Below, one piece after another: positions 48,601-55,554 of a DNA stretch of 64,000 nt. Both the position numbers and the translations under genes were made by a program. How positions within the stretch are numbered: position 1 is the stretch's first letter; the number at the start of each line of letters is the position of its first letter. The DNA lies in the NCBI GenBank assembly GCA_965197585.1, contig OZ240215.1, positions 192,001-256,000 on the forward strand, read 5' to 3'. This stretch comes from Dehalococcoidia bacterium (GTDB lineage: Bacteria; Chloroflexota; Dehalococcoidia; Plut-88900). Below the pieces are notes generated by a model. That model searched no databases. It was given only the letters and a program-made list of their open reading frames with translations, and was not told where the DNA came from.

Positions 48601-50724
48601 ATTGATGGAACGGCCCAGGTGGGAGAGACGCTTACGGTCCTCACCAACGGCATCACCGACGAAGACGGGCTGACCAACCCAACGTACAGCTACCAGTGGA
48701 TTCGGAACGACGGAACCAATGACGCGCACATAGGAGGTAAGACAGGTTCGACCTACACCCTGAACGATGACGACGTGGGGAAGAGCATCAAGATGCGGGT
48801 GAGCTTCACCGACGACGCCGACCACGAGGAGACCCTGACCAGCGCGGCGACGGGGGTGGTTACAGCCAAGCCCAACTCTCCAGCCACGGGAGCGCCCACC
48901 ATTGATGGCACGGCCCAGGTGGGAGAGACGTTCACTGCCCTCACCAACGGCATCACCGACGAAGACGGGCTGACCAACCCAACGTACAGCTACCAGTGGA
49001 TCAGGAGCGACAACGGCACCGACGCCGATATAGCAGGGCAGACAGACTCCACCTACACGCTAGTGGCCGCCGACCAAGGCAAGACCATCATGGTGCGGGT
49101 GACCTTCACCGACGACGCCGATAACGAGGAGACCCTGACCAGCGCGGCAACGGAGGTGGTGCAGCAGGGTAGCAACGCTTGGTCCGCCACGATGACCGTG
49201 GGGACAAGAGATGGGTTCACCGGGTATTCGTACTGGAGCAATCCACACCTGGGGTCCCTGTCGGCCACCGAGGTCGAATGGGACGGCAAGACCCACTATG
49301 TCAGGTTCCTTTTTCTCAAGGACGGCGAGCTCCGGCTCGGCCTGAACGAAGAGATGTTCTCCACCGGCTTCGTGCTGTCGGTTGGGGACGAGGAGTTCGG
49401 CTCGGCGGACGCCATGGTGGATCATGGCGGTGCGTCCTACAGATTCCGGTGGGATGACCGGGGATTGGGCTGGTCGGATGGGAACGAGGTGTCGCTAAAC
49501 CTCGTGCTGTCCGACCAGAATACCCCGGCCCTGGGCGCGCCGACCATCAGCGGTACGGACCAAGTGGATGAGACGCTGACTGCGGACATCTCCGGTGTTG
49601 AGGACGCGGACGGGCTGGACAACGTGTTGTACAGCTACCAGTGGATGGCTGACGGCGTGGATATTCAGGACGCGACCAGTTCCACCTACAAGCCAGTATT
49701 CCCCGACCAGGGCAAGACCATCAAGGTGCGGGTGACCTTCACCGACGACCGGGACAACACCGAGACCCTTGGCAGCGAGGCGACGGGTGCAGTAGCGGCG
49801 GCGCCCAACCGTGATGCCACGGGAGCTCCCACCATCACAGAAATGCCCCAAGTGGGACAGACGCTGACGGCGGACACGTCTAACATCGCCGACCAGGACG
49901 GGCTGACCAACGTCTCTTACAGCTACCAGTGGATCGCCGGAGGGTCGGACATCGATGGGGCCACCAGCTTCAGCTACGAGCTCACGTCTAGCGAACAGGG
50001 TCGGACCATCCAGGTCCGGGTGACCTTCACCGACGACCGGGACAACGCCGAGACCCTTACCAGCGAGGCGACTGTGGCCGTTGTTGCAGCGCCCAACCGC
50101 GAGGCCACCGGCCTGCCGGCCATCAGCGGCACGCCGCAGGTGGGGGAGACCCTCACCGCATCAACCTCGTCCATAGCCGACGGGGACGGGCTGAACAACG
50201 TGTCCTACCGTTACCAGTGGATCGCCGGAGGTACGGACATCGATGGGGCCACCGGCTCCAGTTACGAGCTCACGTCCAGCGAGCAGGGGCAGACCATCCA
50301 GGTCCGTGTGACTTTCACAGACGACCGCGACAATGAGGAAACTCTGACCAGCGCGGCTACTGTCGAAGTGGCGGCGGCGCCAGTTCCGCTCACCGTCCGA
50401 CTGAAGGTCGCCGCCCCGACCTCCCACGACGGCTCGTCTGAGTTTACCTTCGAAATCGAGTTCAGCGAGGAGTTCGGCCTGAGCTACGTGACCCTGAAGA
50501 ACCATGCCTTCAATGCAGCCGGCGGATCCGTGGAGAGGGCGCAGAGAACGAACAAGCCCAGCAACATCTCCTGGAGCATCATGGTAAAGCCCACCTCCAC
50601 CGGGGACGTGACGATCGAACTCCGGGCAACCACGGACTGCGGAGCTACCGGAGCCATCTGCACCGGCGACGACAGGAAACTGTCCAACTCGCTGAGCTTC
50701 ACCGTCTTTGGGCCGGGGGGCTAG
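36604..50724 (+). CDS. Giant secreted modular protein (4706 aa): NHL-like repeats, LRR, PQQ sugar dehydrogenase, dikinase module, 19 ~96-100-aa Ig/cadherin-like repeats
   Basis: Signal peptide ending AQA. GIWSDGTTMWV repeats; LPxGxFxxLxxL LRRs; GSDH motifs HPWGI, HSGGRL, GFRNPQG, DDEIN; LSHVNLRA, RSSTNNEDLPGFSGAGLYDS, EIEF and QARP; ATGxPTIxG...YQW...VSFTDD repeats. Confidence 0.92.
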   Translation: MTTSRRLATLPLLLIGLAVIAALLLTPGAQAQSRDSGSDFTLDAANGYPTGIWSDGTTMWVADFEDHKLYAYRMSDRSRDSGKDFTLDADNGSPVGIWSDGTTMWASDFTDAKLYAYRMSDRSRDSGKDFNTLSAAGNLFPEGIWSDGTTMWVADTGNDTVFAYDLSTRAWDFEKDITLGPGHGSPMGVWSNGSTMWVSDWRDTKLYAYRMSDQTRDSGKDFALDADDESYEGIWSVGSTMWVASRDDDRLYAYDWNNPATGAPTITGAVRVGQTLAAGTRSIADADGLDAAIFEYQWVSNGGNADTDIAGATDSTYTIVPGDRGRAVKVRVSFTDGAGNRESLTSEPTGQVGTPGICDRTPAVMAAIVAGMTGVGDCSEASETRLRTWTGSQHFGPGVTPGLYLQGRGLSALQAGDFRDLYTLRALDLNRNFLETVPDGLFEDLRAVDELYLSGNFIDELPDGVFDGPGEELSLLDLSANGLETLPEGVLRNLAGLVSLSLSGNGLSDLPAGLFDGLVELEELDLSANSIDELPDGVFDRNLELRGLDLSINEISELPEGVFGGLGDLQSLSLAGNDLKSLPEDVFADLGSLAELDLSGNKLKDLPTGLFEGLSGLTDLDASDNPGAPFTFTAELERRGDDTVVVRLAEGATPFDLQIELSARNGDLSAETVTIASGSSYSDVVEVRAHGHHPVTVEIDSVAFLLPSGGSASGIHADRGSAMLMWVGRPLVQREWIQDGPFALHPENADPKSIWSDGETLWVGDESARKVFAYKLWDNPGTAVSEYGTRDPGRDLPSLGDEDFYVTGHGLRLYVAEESLDGASRDVFGYDLTSFTRAEDRDFVYGGLNVAGGVFIVRGTATDGRHMWITNTTSHAHAFRLFDDPETPEDEYGKPDTSRKLTIPGLGQLSGLFTDGRTMWGVRFASNDASVRSVKLSDGTDAGYDFPLHEDNDHAYGIWSNGETFYVVDADDDMIYTYHGVGGVVRPSVEDAETAAPLVGNTGQPGDAGHDLGLAGAKRAQAFTTGTSRAGYSLASVGIEFGDVSDTSSAPSDLEVTLNADGGGVPGDALCTLIAPASLFERSVNTFAAPASGTTCPVLEKETTYFVVVERVRVTGSGAIAVSGTVSGSEDTGAAEGWSIADGSATYSPQAAAQGWVYDAFSYKIEVRGSFINNPATGEPTIAGTPQVKRTLAVAVSDVSDEDGLSNVSYSYQWIAGGLDIAGATGSSYTLTSNEQGKRIKVQVAFVDDRGNHETLTSEATPSVQAPDRPGTVSLFPARPRVGMVVSAALSDPDGLQGGGSGPAASSGAVSWSWARSPDGNDWTRIEAYGEGDSYVPTEEDEGMLLKAEASYTDGHGSGKSAQAVSSAGVGAREPVPELTVTVIVTGLSHPWGIDFTPDGTMLFTQRAGVLNARLTDGTVKRVDADLGDLLVDGFAGLQALAVDPDFTTNRRFYTLQGRAGREMQVIAWTIDADYDEATRVVDPLVKGIPIGPGPWHSGGRLLFGPEGYLWIATGDGRVVTGAQDLTSLGGKVLRVDPRTGAGAPGNPFVSSELVYAYGFRNPQGLALRPGTDQMWLVEHGPKHDDEINLLKAGGNFGWDPDPAGGSSGSYHEAGVPMTDLEKYPSARQARWSSGFPTLATSGAVFLDGPQWGEWEGRLAVATLNAKSLRVFEFTEQGDFAGQIVVPELDGSHGQLRTPVLGPDGALYIATSNAPGVDRILRVAANSAATGAPVISGTVEVGESLTAVVSGIADPDGLDDAAFSFQWARSHYGSNFSDIEGATASTYTLVMADLGKTINVRVSFYDDGGSLEALTSQRTVKVSVVACTVGEHAPAATAVEVEAVPAIVESTTEEYFVLYVRPALSSEREFPISVTLGEDGTTTLTEQLSPLPKEHYRVEKFLIADPADIDNDCIDDITELGDPVGMNPLNPARAVPFRDGAVAIPDRETFEALSYKGRDVPYHRHLQDLEFVKFYIIGSSAENMGVYFINTETHRIHPDFGDAIGLWNDPLWGQGYMGGEIIYHPNVVAPDGSLGVYRYQFQPMDVYSFGAVARSYEALAASMPLLDNNFAYYPMPRRALPLYHRERALYDDSRINVVLREDILPDVPFIPLNVGEGYGFLRLMSLEERPDPRDVVIYETIPNELSRVVGLITTVPQTPLSHVNLRAVQDGVPNAFIRDALDEGDINDLIGRYVHYSITADGYSIRAATPAEVEAYFAASRPLGTQTPERDLTVTQITDLDDIGFDDWNAFGVKAANVAVLRTLGFPDGTVPHGFAVPFYFYDEFMKYNGFYDDVEEMLADPEFQSDYDTQEKELKKLRKKIKKGETPDWIITALEEMHATYAEGQSLRYRSSTNNEDLPGFSGAGLYDSKTQDPEETEEDGIDKSIKGVWASLWNFRAFTEREFHRIDHIETAMGVLVHPNYSDELANGVAVSFDPIYGTEGSYYVNTQLGEDLVTNPDAHSVPEEILLDLSGSYTTLVTSNQVAGGQLLMSDAQIGQLSRHLQDIHDHFEGLYNPGPDEPFAMEIEFKITSDDVLSIKQARPWVFDATNAGPPQEEPIWSATLTVGTAENFAGYTTFVASPETNTLGALSSDTITLDGVSYTVKALAVRDGELILSVTPKLAAGFVLVAGTSEFASTDASTLETDSLLQFYWNNPGLDWSEEEEVAVRLTEPNDNDPATGAPTITGTSQVDQTLTTDTWAITDEDGLTNVSYSYQWIRSDGNTDTDIAGETDSTYTLVRADEGKTIKVRVSFTDDADNAETLTSAATGVVEAKPNTLATGTPTITGTAQVGETLTVLTNGIADEDGLTNVLYSYQWIRSDGNADTDIAGETDSTYTLVRADEGKTIKVGVNFTDDADNAETLTSAATGVVEAKPNTPATGAPTITGTSQVDQTLTADTWAIADEDGLTNVSYSYQWIRSDGNTDTDIAGETDSTYTLVRADEGKTIKVGVSFTDDADNAETLTSAATGVVEAKPNTLATGTPTITGTAQVGETLTVLTNGIADEDGLTNVLYSYQWIRSDGNADTDIAGETDSTYTLVRADEGKTIKVGVNFTDDADNAETLISAATGVASRSDKPVADGSTPVWSADMSVVDLGNGSIGAVSANLFSNQEGSAGLQAKWLWYYSPGRYIRLSFTDVVPSGEELTLEIGDVALTLQAGDSAFTWEEVDVDWEDGQVIPVRIVPTSETAVSQPNTPATGGPTISGTAQVDQTLSVDTSNIADQDGLNNVSYSYQWIRSDGNTDTDIAEETDPTYILVPADEGKTIKVRVSFTDEADHEETLTGNPTRPVTAAPNRHATGKPTIGGTPQVDQTLTADTSNIADHDGLNNVSYSYQWIAGGTDIDGATGSTYTLTASEQGQTIRVRVTFTDDRDNAETLTSVATVAVVAAPNREATGHPAIGGTPQVDQTLTADTSNIADQDGLNNVSYSYQWMAGGSDIDGATGSTYTLTASEQGQTVQVKVTFTDDRNNAETLTSVATVAVAVAPNREATGQPTIDGTPQVGETLTADTANIADQDGLNNVSYSYQWIAGGTDIVGATGSSYELTSSEQGQPIQVRVTFTDDADNEETLISAATEVVQQGGNAWSATITVGTRDGYTGYSYWGDPGLGSLSATEAEWDGKTHYVRYIFLKDGELWLGLNNEMFSTGFVLSVGDEEFGSADALVDRSGGASYRFRWDDRGLGWSDGEEVSVNLLQSDQNTPALGAPTISGTAQVDETLTADTSGVEDADGLTNVSYSYQWMADGVDIQDATSSTHKLVFPDRGKSIKVKVSFTDDRDNADTLTSAATVVVVAAPNREAMGYPTITGMPQVGQTLTADTSPIADRDGLNNVSYSYQWIGGGSDIDEATGSNYELASSEQGQTIQVRVTFTDDRDNAETLTSAATVAVVAAPDRQATGLPTISGTLQVGETLMAGTSGITDADGLTNVSFEYQWIRGDSGAGADIDGATDATYTLTAGDQGKTIKVKVSFTDDADHEEKLTSAATGVVAAKPNTPAMGAPTIDGTAQVGETLTVLTNGITDEDGLTNPTYSYQWIRNDGTNDAHIGGKTGSTYTLNDDDVGKSIKMRVSFTDDADHEETLTSAATGVVTAKPNSPATGAPTIDGTAQVGETFTALTNGITDEDGLTNPTYSYQWIRSDNGTDADIAGQTDSTYTLVAADQGKTIMVRVTFTDDADNEETLTSAATEVVQQGSNAWSATMTVGTRDGFTGYSYWSNPHLGSLSATEVEWDGKTHYVRFLFLKDGELRLGLNEEMFSTGFVLSVGDEEFGSADAMVDHGGASYRFRWDDRGLGWSDGNEVSLNLVLSDQNTPALGAPTISGTDQVDETLTADISGVEDADGLDNVLYSYQWMADGVDIQDATSSTYKPVFPDQGKTIKVRVTFTDDRDNTETLGSEATGAVAAAPNRDATGAPTITEMPQVGQTLTADTSNIADQDGLTNVSYSYQWIAGGSDIDGATSFSYELTSSEQGRTIQVRVTFTDDRDNAETLTSEATVAVVAAPNREATGLPAISGTPQVGETLTASTSSIADGDGLNNVSYRYQWIAGGTDIDGATGSSYELTSSEQGQTIQVRVTFTDDRDNEETLTSAATVEVAAAPVPLTVRLKVAAPTSHDGSSEFTFEIEFSEEFGLSYVTLKNHAFNAAGGSVERAQRTNKPSNISWSIMVKPTSTGDVTIELRATTDCGATGAICTGDDRKLSNSLSFTVFGPGG
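44641..45817 (+). repeat. Near-perfect 600-bp-period tandem duplication (two pairs of stalk repeats)
   Basis: 44641-45217 is almost identical to 45241-45817. Confidence 0.92.
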
Positions 50725-50729
50725 GAGCG

Positions 50730-50788
50730 GCGCTATAGAGGGTTCCGGGCCGAAAAGATAGACCGGGCAGTGCATAGCGCTTGTTTTT
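50730..50788 (+). terminator. Possible terminator after the giant gene
   Basis: GCGCTAT...ATAGCGC stem followed by TTGTTTTT. The loop is unusually large. Confidence 0.35.
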
Positions 50789-50892
50789 CCGGTCAACAAG
50801 AAAAGCCCGCGTATGCGGATGGCCGGAGGCCAGCGGCCTCTCCCGGCCCGGATGCGTACCGGTGGCGTGTGCCTGACTTTCGTCGATACTAG

Positions 50893-51351
50893 CAAGAGCA
50901 AAACGTTGCAGAAACACTCTCTCTAAAAGCTAACGACATTGCTGCCGAGAAAGTGTGATTAGGCACTTACCAAATCGACGAAGAGGCTCTATTTTCTTGC
51001 TGGTAGAAACCGGACGATAGTTGGAGTCACAGGCCACCATATCGGCTGTGGAAGTCGGAGGAGGTCGTAGGTTCCGCTGGCTTCGCCTGTGCCGGGGAGG
51101 CTCTCACATGGTGCTCGACAGGCCAGTCCATCCACCTCCGACCGCGGACGGAACTGCGGCCCCCACAGTCGCTGCACCGCTCGCCCCTGGGTTCGCCGCC
51201 TACGGCGAGCCGGCACAGACGTCCTCCCGGAATTTTCGGACTCGGCTAGCCGGAGGTAAGTCATGACCACCTCCCGGCGTCTTGCGCCGCTCCCCACTGC
51301 TGCTCATTGGGCTGGCGGCCCTCTGCGCCGCCCTGGTGCTCATCCCCTGGG
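50893..51351 (+). repeat. Copy 2 of ~455-bp direct repeat
   Basis: Matches 36232-36688 and includes ATG ACC ACC TCC CGG CGT CTT GCG at 51263. Confidence 0.92.
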
Positions 51352-51557
51352 TTGTCCAGGCCCAGAACCAGGAGGTGACCGCCACCGCGGCCGCCACCGG
51401 CGCCAACCCCCCGGCCCAGCCCACGAACCTCCAGGCCTCGGCGGTACACGATTCGGTCACCCTCACCTGGACGGCCTCGACGGACCAGACGGTCACCCAC
51501 TACGCCATCCTCCGCCGCAACCCGGACACCGACGCATCGCAGGTCTTCCACGTCATC
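51263..51557 (+). pseudogene. Truncated, frameshifted secreted Fn3 protein sharing the giant gene's leader
   Basis: Starts MTTSRRLA; an extra C (CTCCCCACT vs CTCCCACT) shifts the frame to PLLLIGLAAL...AQNQ...PAQPTNLQAS...VTLTW...THYAILRR. Fn3 similarity ends after FHVI. Confidence 0.8.
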
Positions 51558-51711
51558 CTCCGACCGTCGAAGCGGTTCGGGGAGGCGGTAGGCTTTCTCG
51601 CGGCCAGTGTTGGATCTGTCCATCGAGACAGGTTTACACAGTTCGATGAAAACGGCAGCCATGACGATGAAGTATACGGTGAAGAGAAAACTAAAGTGCT
51701 AGGAGGAGATA

Positions 51712-51915
51712 ATGACGCCTGGACCGGAACAAGACCGATTTGGCGAGATGTTGGAACAGTTCAACAGGGGTCTTGATGACCTGGAGAGTAAGCGCCGACG
51801 ATGGGCTAGCACGGGAGATCATCCTTACCACGAGCTCTTTTCCAACTTATTGCGCTACCAGCTTGACATGATAGTTCTGCTCGAAAACCGGATGCGCAAG
51901 CTGGAAGACCAATAA
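51712..51915 (+). CDS. Small helical hypothetical protein
   Basis: AGGAGG RBS before ATG. Coiled-coil-like composition, no recognised family. Confidence 0.55.
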   Translation: MTPGPEQDRFGEMLEQFNRGLDDLESKRRRWASTGDHPYHELFSNLLRYQLDMIVLLENRMRKLEDQ

Positions 51916-53009
51916 GGAGAATGCCGTTCAGTCCAGGATAGACAACCTCGGCCATCCATCTGCTTACATCAGTGTGGAGACACGAGAGGAGTTATTGGCA
52001 TGCGACTCGTGATATCCCGGAATCGATAAGAAATTTATTGTCACCGGTATCAGCTCTGAACAGGCCTTACACCCGGCGGGTGCACTTAGGTTTTTTGGGC
52101 AAACGGCATTGAGCCGCAACCCCCTCAAGATGAAGGGTAGCCTCCGAAAATGCAGCTCAAGGTCACAGGAAGGGTGTGCCTCCCTGAAGTTAAGAAGAGA
52201 CAAATTAATCGATCCCAATGACACCCGGAATGTATGCATCGGGTTGGAGAAGCAAGAAGGATGGTCGAGATTCGGCTGCGGCCTTGGCGCAAGCTCACGG
52301 ATGGTCTTCAGAAATGGTATGAATCGGGCTGCGCCGGCTTGACTATCAATGCAAAAGAATGTGTGCCGAGGGTGGCAATATGCCGATGGACCTGATGTGG
52401 CATGAAGGGCTCCCCCAGACAGCGCACTCACGTATTCAAAGTAGGAACAAGGATAACCCTCACAAACAGACGCCGACCCGCCATTCCGTTTGCCACCCCA
52501 AGGAGTATTGCGTGCGGTGCAATTTCTGATATCGAACGACTTCTAACGACAACTGCTGTGTGTGTGATGTTTCCGACCTACGCCCGGTGCTCAAGAGATA
52601 GCCACAAACGATACGCCATCCCGGCTGAGATGGTGGAAGTCTATCGGGTTCAATGGCTAGTGACCCTTGTCGGAGTCTGCTGGCGGTTGAAGGATAGTCT
52701 TTCGGATAGTGACGTTGTCCGTCGCTGGGGCGAAGCGATACGAATGGGAGCGACAATATCTGATTCTTACTGACGATGGCCGTGGTTCGGTTTGGCGCAG
52801 CCTTCTCCTGTTCCGGGCAGGAGGGGGCTGCGCCAAACCCATCCGCCGAGGCTCCGGACTCCACGTCAAACACCTGGTCATGGCGCTGGTCATCATGTTC
52901 GTCTGCATACTACTCGCGAATATGATCCCGAACGGTCCCGTAGGCCATTTAGCGTATGCGCAGACGGCCGACTCTTCCCTTCTTCACCCTCCTGCTCGGC
53001 CCCAAGACC

Positions 53010-53396
53010 GCCGGCCAGGCCCAGGAGACCGTAGAGCGCCTCGCCCTTGATGCCATCGCTTTCCTGGTCCTTGGTCCTCAGCTCGGGCGTGGTGGGTTGG
53101 GACTTTTCCTGTTTCGCGTCGGTGAAGAAGTTCATCTCCTCCATCCGGCCCGGCCGAGTGGACAGCACAGGCACGTAGGGGTCCCAGAAAAGTTTGGGTT
53201 TCGCTCCGACACCGGAGCCCCCGCCAAATCCAAGCTGCTTGCCCCCGGCGAAACATTGCTCGCAGATCTCCGTGCCTTCCACGTGCGGCATCCGGTCCCT
53301 CAGGTGGTCCGGGGCGCTGGGGGTGAACAGGTCCGCGGGCAGCCACGGTATGTCCACGCGGCAGTCCCCAGAGATTACCTTCCCCGTGTAACCCAC
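53010..53396 (-). pseudogene. Amidohydrolase N-terminal fragment
   Basis: KVISGDCRVDIPWLPADLF...KDQESDGIKGEALYG resembles an Amidohydro_2 start with the metal His replaced by Arg. No C-terminal half. Confidence 0.65.
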
Positions 53397-53603
53397 GGTG
53401 TTCCCCCGCAGAAAACTCTAAGTTATGCCGATGGGAGTGGCGCGGCATATGGGCTTGTCTGCGCAAAGTCCAACCTCTTCTTCCCCTCCCCGGACAAGTC
53501 CCTCCGCCTACCCAATGCCTTTGCCCTTCCTACCGTCTCGTCCACTATCCTCATCATGACACCATTCCAGGTGTCACCTGTCTTTCCGAACGAGAACGGA
53601 TGG

Positions 53604-53632
53604 TTGACAGGTTAAGACGGATGGAGCACGAT
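53604..53632 (+). promoter_or_regulatory. Sigma70-like promoter of the TA operon
   Basis: TTGACA, 17-nt spacer, CACGAT. Short GT(T)AAGAC repeats nearby could be antitoxin sites. Confidence 0.5.
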
Positions 53633-53662
53633 ACCAGTAAGACCCGTTAACAAGAGGTGCAC

Positions 53663-53920
53663 ATGCCACGTACGACCAAGACCATCACCTTCTCATTGCC
53701 ACCGGATATGGCCGATAGGGTGAACGAGGTGATGAAGCAGCAGGGGAGGTCGAGGAGTGAGTTCCTTCGGGAAGCGCTGCTCCGCTACATCGAAGAGTGT
53801 GAGTGGAGACAGCTGACGCAGTACGGGGAAAGGAAGGCCAGGGAACGGGGCATCGGCCCGGAGGACGTCGCTTCTCTGGTGGATGAGTACAGGGCGGAGA
53901 CCGGTTCGTCCTCGACATGA
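53663..53920 (+). CDS. RHH/CopG-type antitoxin
   Basis: TITFSLP...RSRSEFLREALLRYI ribbon-helix-helix. ATGA overlap with the PIN gene. Confidence 0.85.
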   Translation: MPRTTKTITFSLPPDMADRVNEVMKQQGRSRSEFLREALLRYIEECEWRQLTQYGERKARERGIGPEDVASLVDEYRAETGSSST

Positions 53921-54120
53921 GGGTGGTCCTCGACACCAACGTCATCGTCTCCGGCCTGAACTTCCCGGGAAACGAGCGCCTCGTCCTGGAATTGGCTCTC
54001 AGGGGACGGTTCCAGATGTACCTGTCTCCCTTCATCCTTGAGGAAGTTGAGGGGGTGCTGGGGAGCAAGTTCGGCTGGATACCAGGGCCGGGTCTAGGGG
54101 CTGGGACAGCTCTTTCGTAA
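53917..54120 (+). pseudogene. Truncated PIN-domain toxin
   Basis: MRVVLDTNVIVSG...SPFILEE...KFGW then unrelated sequence from ~54079. About half the usual PIN length. Confidence 0.8.
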
Positions 54121-54229
54121 CCCGGGGAGGGAGGCTGTCCCAGAGAAGGTCCAGTTCCCTGTCACCCATCGGGGTGGTGTCGGGCCGGACGCCGTTCGTG
54201 CTGCCGTTCCTGTGCGTTCCGTTCGTCAT
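54078..54229 (-). pseudogene. N-terminal fragment of a putative Rad52/22-like annealing protein
   Basis: AAGGAG RBS, then MTNGTHRNG...LWDSLPPRVTKELSQPLDPALVS, resembling the segment preceding a Rad52_Rad22 core. Cut off at the PIN junction. Confidence 0.5.
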
Positions 54230-54512
54230 GATGTGTCTCCTTTGCGATGCTCTTCTGGCTCTTCCAATGGACCGGGGCGGGCCTGCGATGGGGTCCGTGA
54301 GCGGCGTCCGTACCGGTGTGGCCGGTACAGGCGCCGCCATGGCACGGGCATGGGGATTCCCGCGTGGGGGCGCGCAAGGGCGCGGGCCGAGAGGGGGTTG
54401 TGGGGGAGGGGCTATGGGAAGGGGTGGGATGGGGGTTGATGAGGGGGTGATTAAGCAGGTGGGGTTGGGGGAGGATTGGGGCCTTGGCACGGTGCGGGGT
54501 AGGGGTGGCCCC

Positions 54513-55554
54513 CTACCGGGCGGCTCTTGCCGCCCGCTCCAGCAGGCGCAGGAACAGGTCCCTTCCGGAGGCGTGGGCCGCAAGCTCGCCCACGTCGCCG
54601 ACGCCCTGGGGAAGGGTGACGGCGGCGGCCCTGCGTCCGAGCAGGTTACTGAGCCGCTCCGTCGCCACCCGGCCCGCGTCGTCTGAGTCGAAGGCGAGGA
54701 AGACCCGGTGACAACCCCGGAGGGCGGAGGCGACCCGCTCGACCCCCTGGGCGCCCAGGGCGGCCACCGCCGGAATGCCCCATCCTGTGAGGGCGAGCCA
54801 GTCGAACAGGCCTTCGGCCACGACGGCAAGGGGCGGAGCGGGGCCGAGTCTCCCGAGTCCGAGCACCGGCTTGGGGCCGGGAAGGGCCTGGAACCGGGGC
54901 CTCAGCTCCGGGTTCAGGGCCCGGCCCGCGAGCCATCGGACGAGGCCGCCGGCGACGTCGGGGACGACGACCATGCCGGCGAACCGCTCCCCGCCCCATG
55001 AGGAGCCCCGAGTCCTGGATGCGCTTATCCGGGAAGCCGCGGAACTCGAGGGCCCGCCGCAGCCCGCCGCCCGGCGAGTAGCCGAGGCATAGGCGGGCTG
55101 CGGCGGCCGGGCCCACGCCCCGGGAGGCCAGGTATTCCCGCCCCTCGGAGCGGTGGCGCAGCTGCCTGGCGTAGAACTGGGCGGCCTCCGTCAGCAGGGC
55201 GGGGTAGCGGGGAGGCAGAGCGGAGGAGCTGGGACGCCGCGTTCCGGCTGGACGGGATGCGGCCCCGGGCGCAGGACCCGGGCTGCCATCCAGACGGCGG
55301 ATCGCCTCCGGCAGCGTGAGACCCTCGGCCCGCTGGACGAAGTCCAGCACGTCCCCTCCGAGGCCGCAGCCGAAGCAGTAGAACCGCTCAGAGTCTGCGT
55401 AGACCGTGAAGCTGCCCTCGGCCTCATCGTGGAAGGGGCAGACGCCCTGCCGTACCCGGCCCCTTCCCCTGAGGCCTACGCCCGAGGCCTCCACCGTGTC
55501 ACCCAGCGGGTGCCGGGCTTTCAGCGCGGGGATGTCGACGCTGGCCGCGTCCAT
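54513..55554 (-). CDS. DnaG-like primase (CHC2 zinc finger + TOPRIM) with a frameshift near 54990
   Basis: CPFHDE...FYCFGC and YLASRG in one frame; ERFAGMVVVP, AEGLFD and FDSDDAG in another. The shift lies in a G-run. Confidence 0.85.

Noticed and set aside
36541-50901. Long antisense ORFs (414, 645, 523, 441 aa and others)
   Set aside because: Shadow frames of a GC-rich real gene; no motifs or RBS.
36232-51351. Template/variable repeat pair of a diversity-generating retroelement
   Set aside because: Differences are not confined to adenines, the repeat is mostly non-coding 5' sequence, and there is no reverse transcriptase in the window.
51920-53000. Short ORFs and a signal-peptide-like stretch (..LAYAQT)
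   Set aside because: Fragmentary, no start context or family signature; likely debris.
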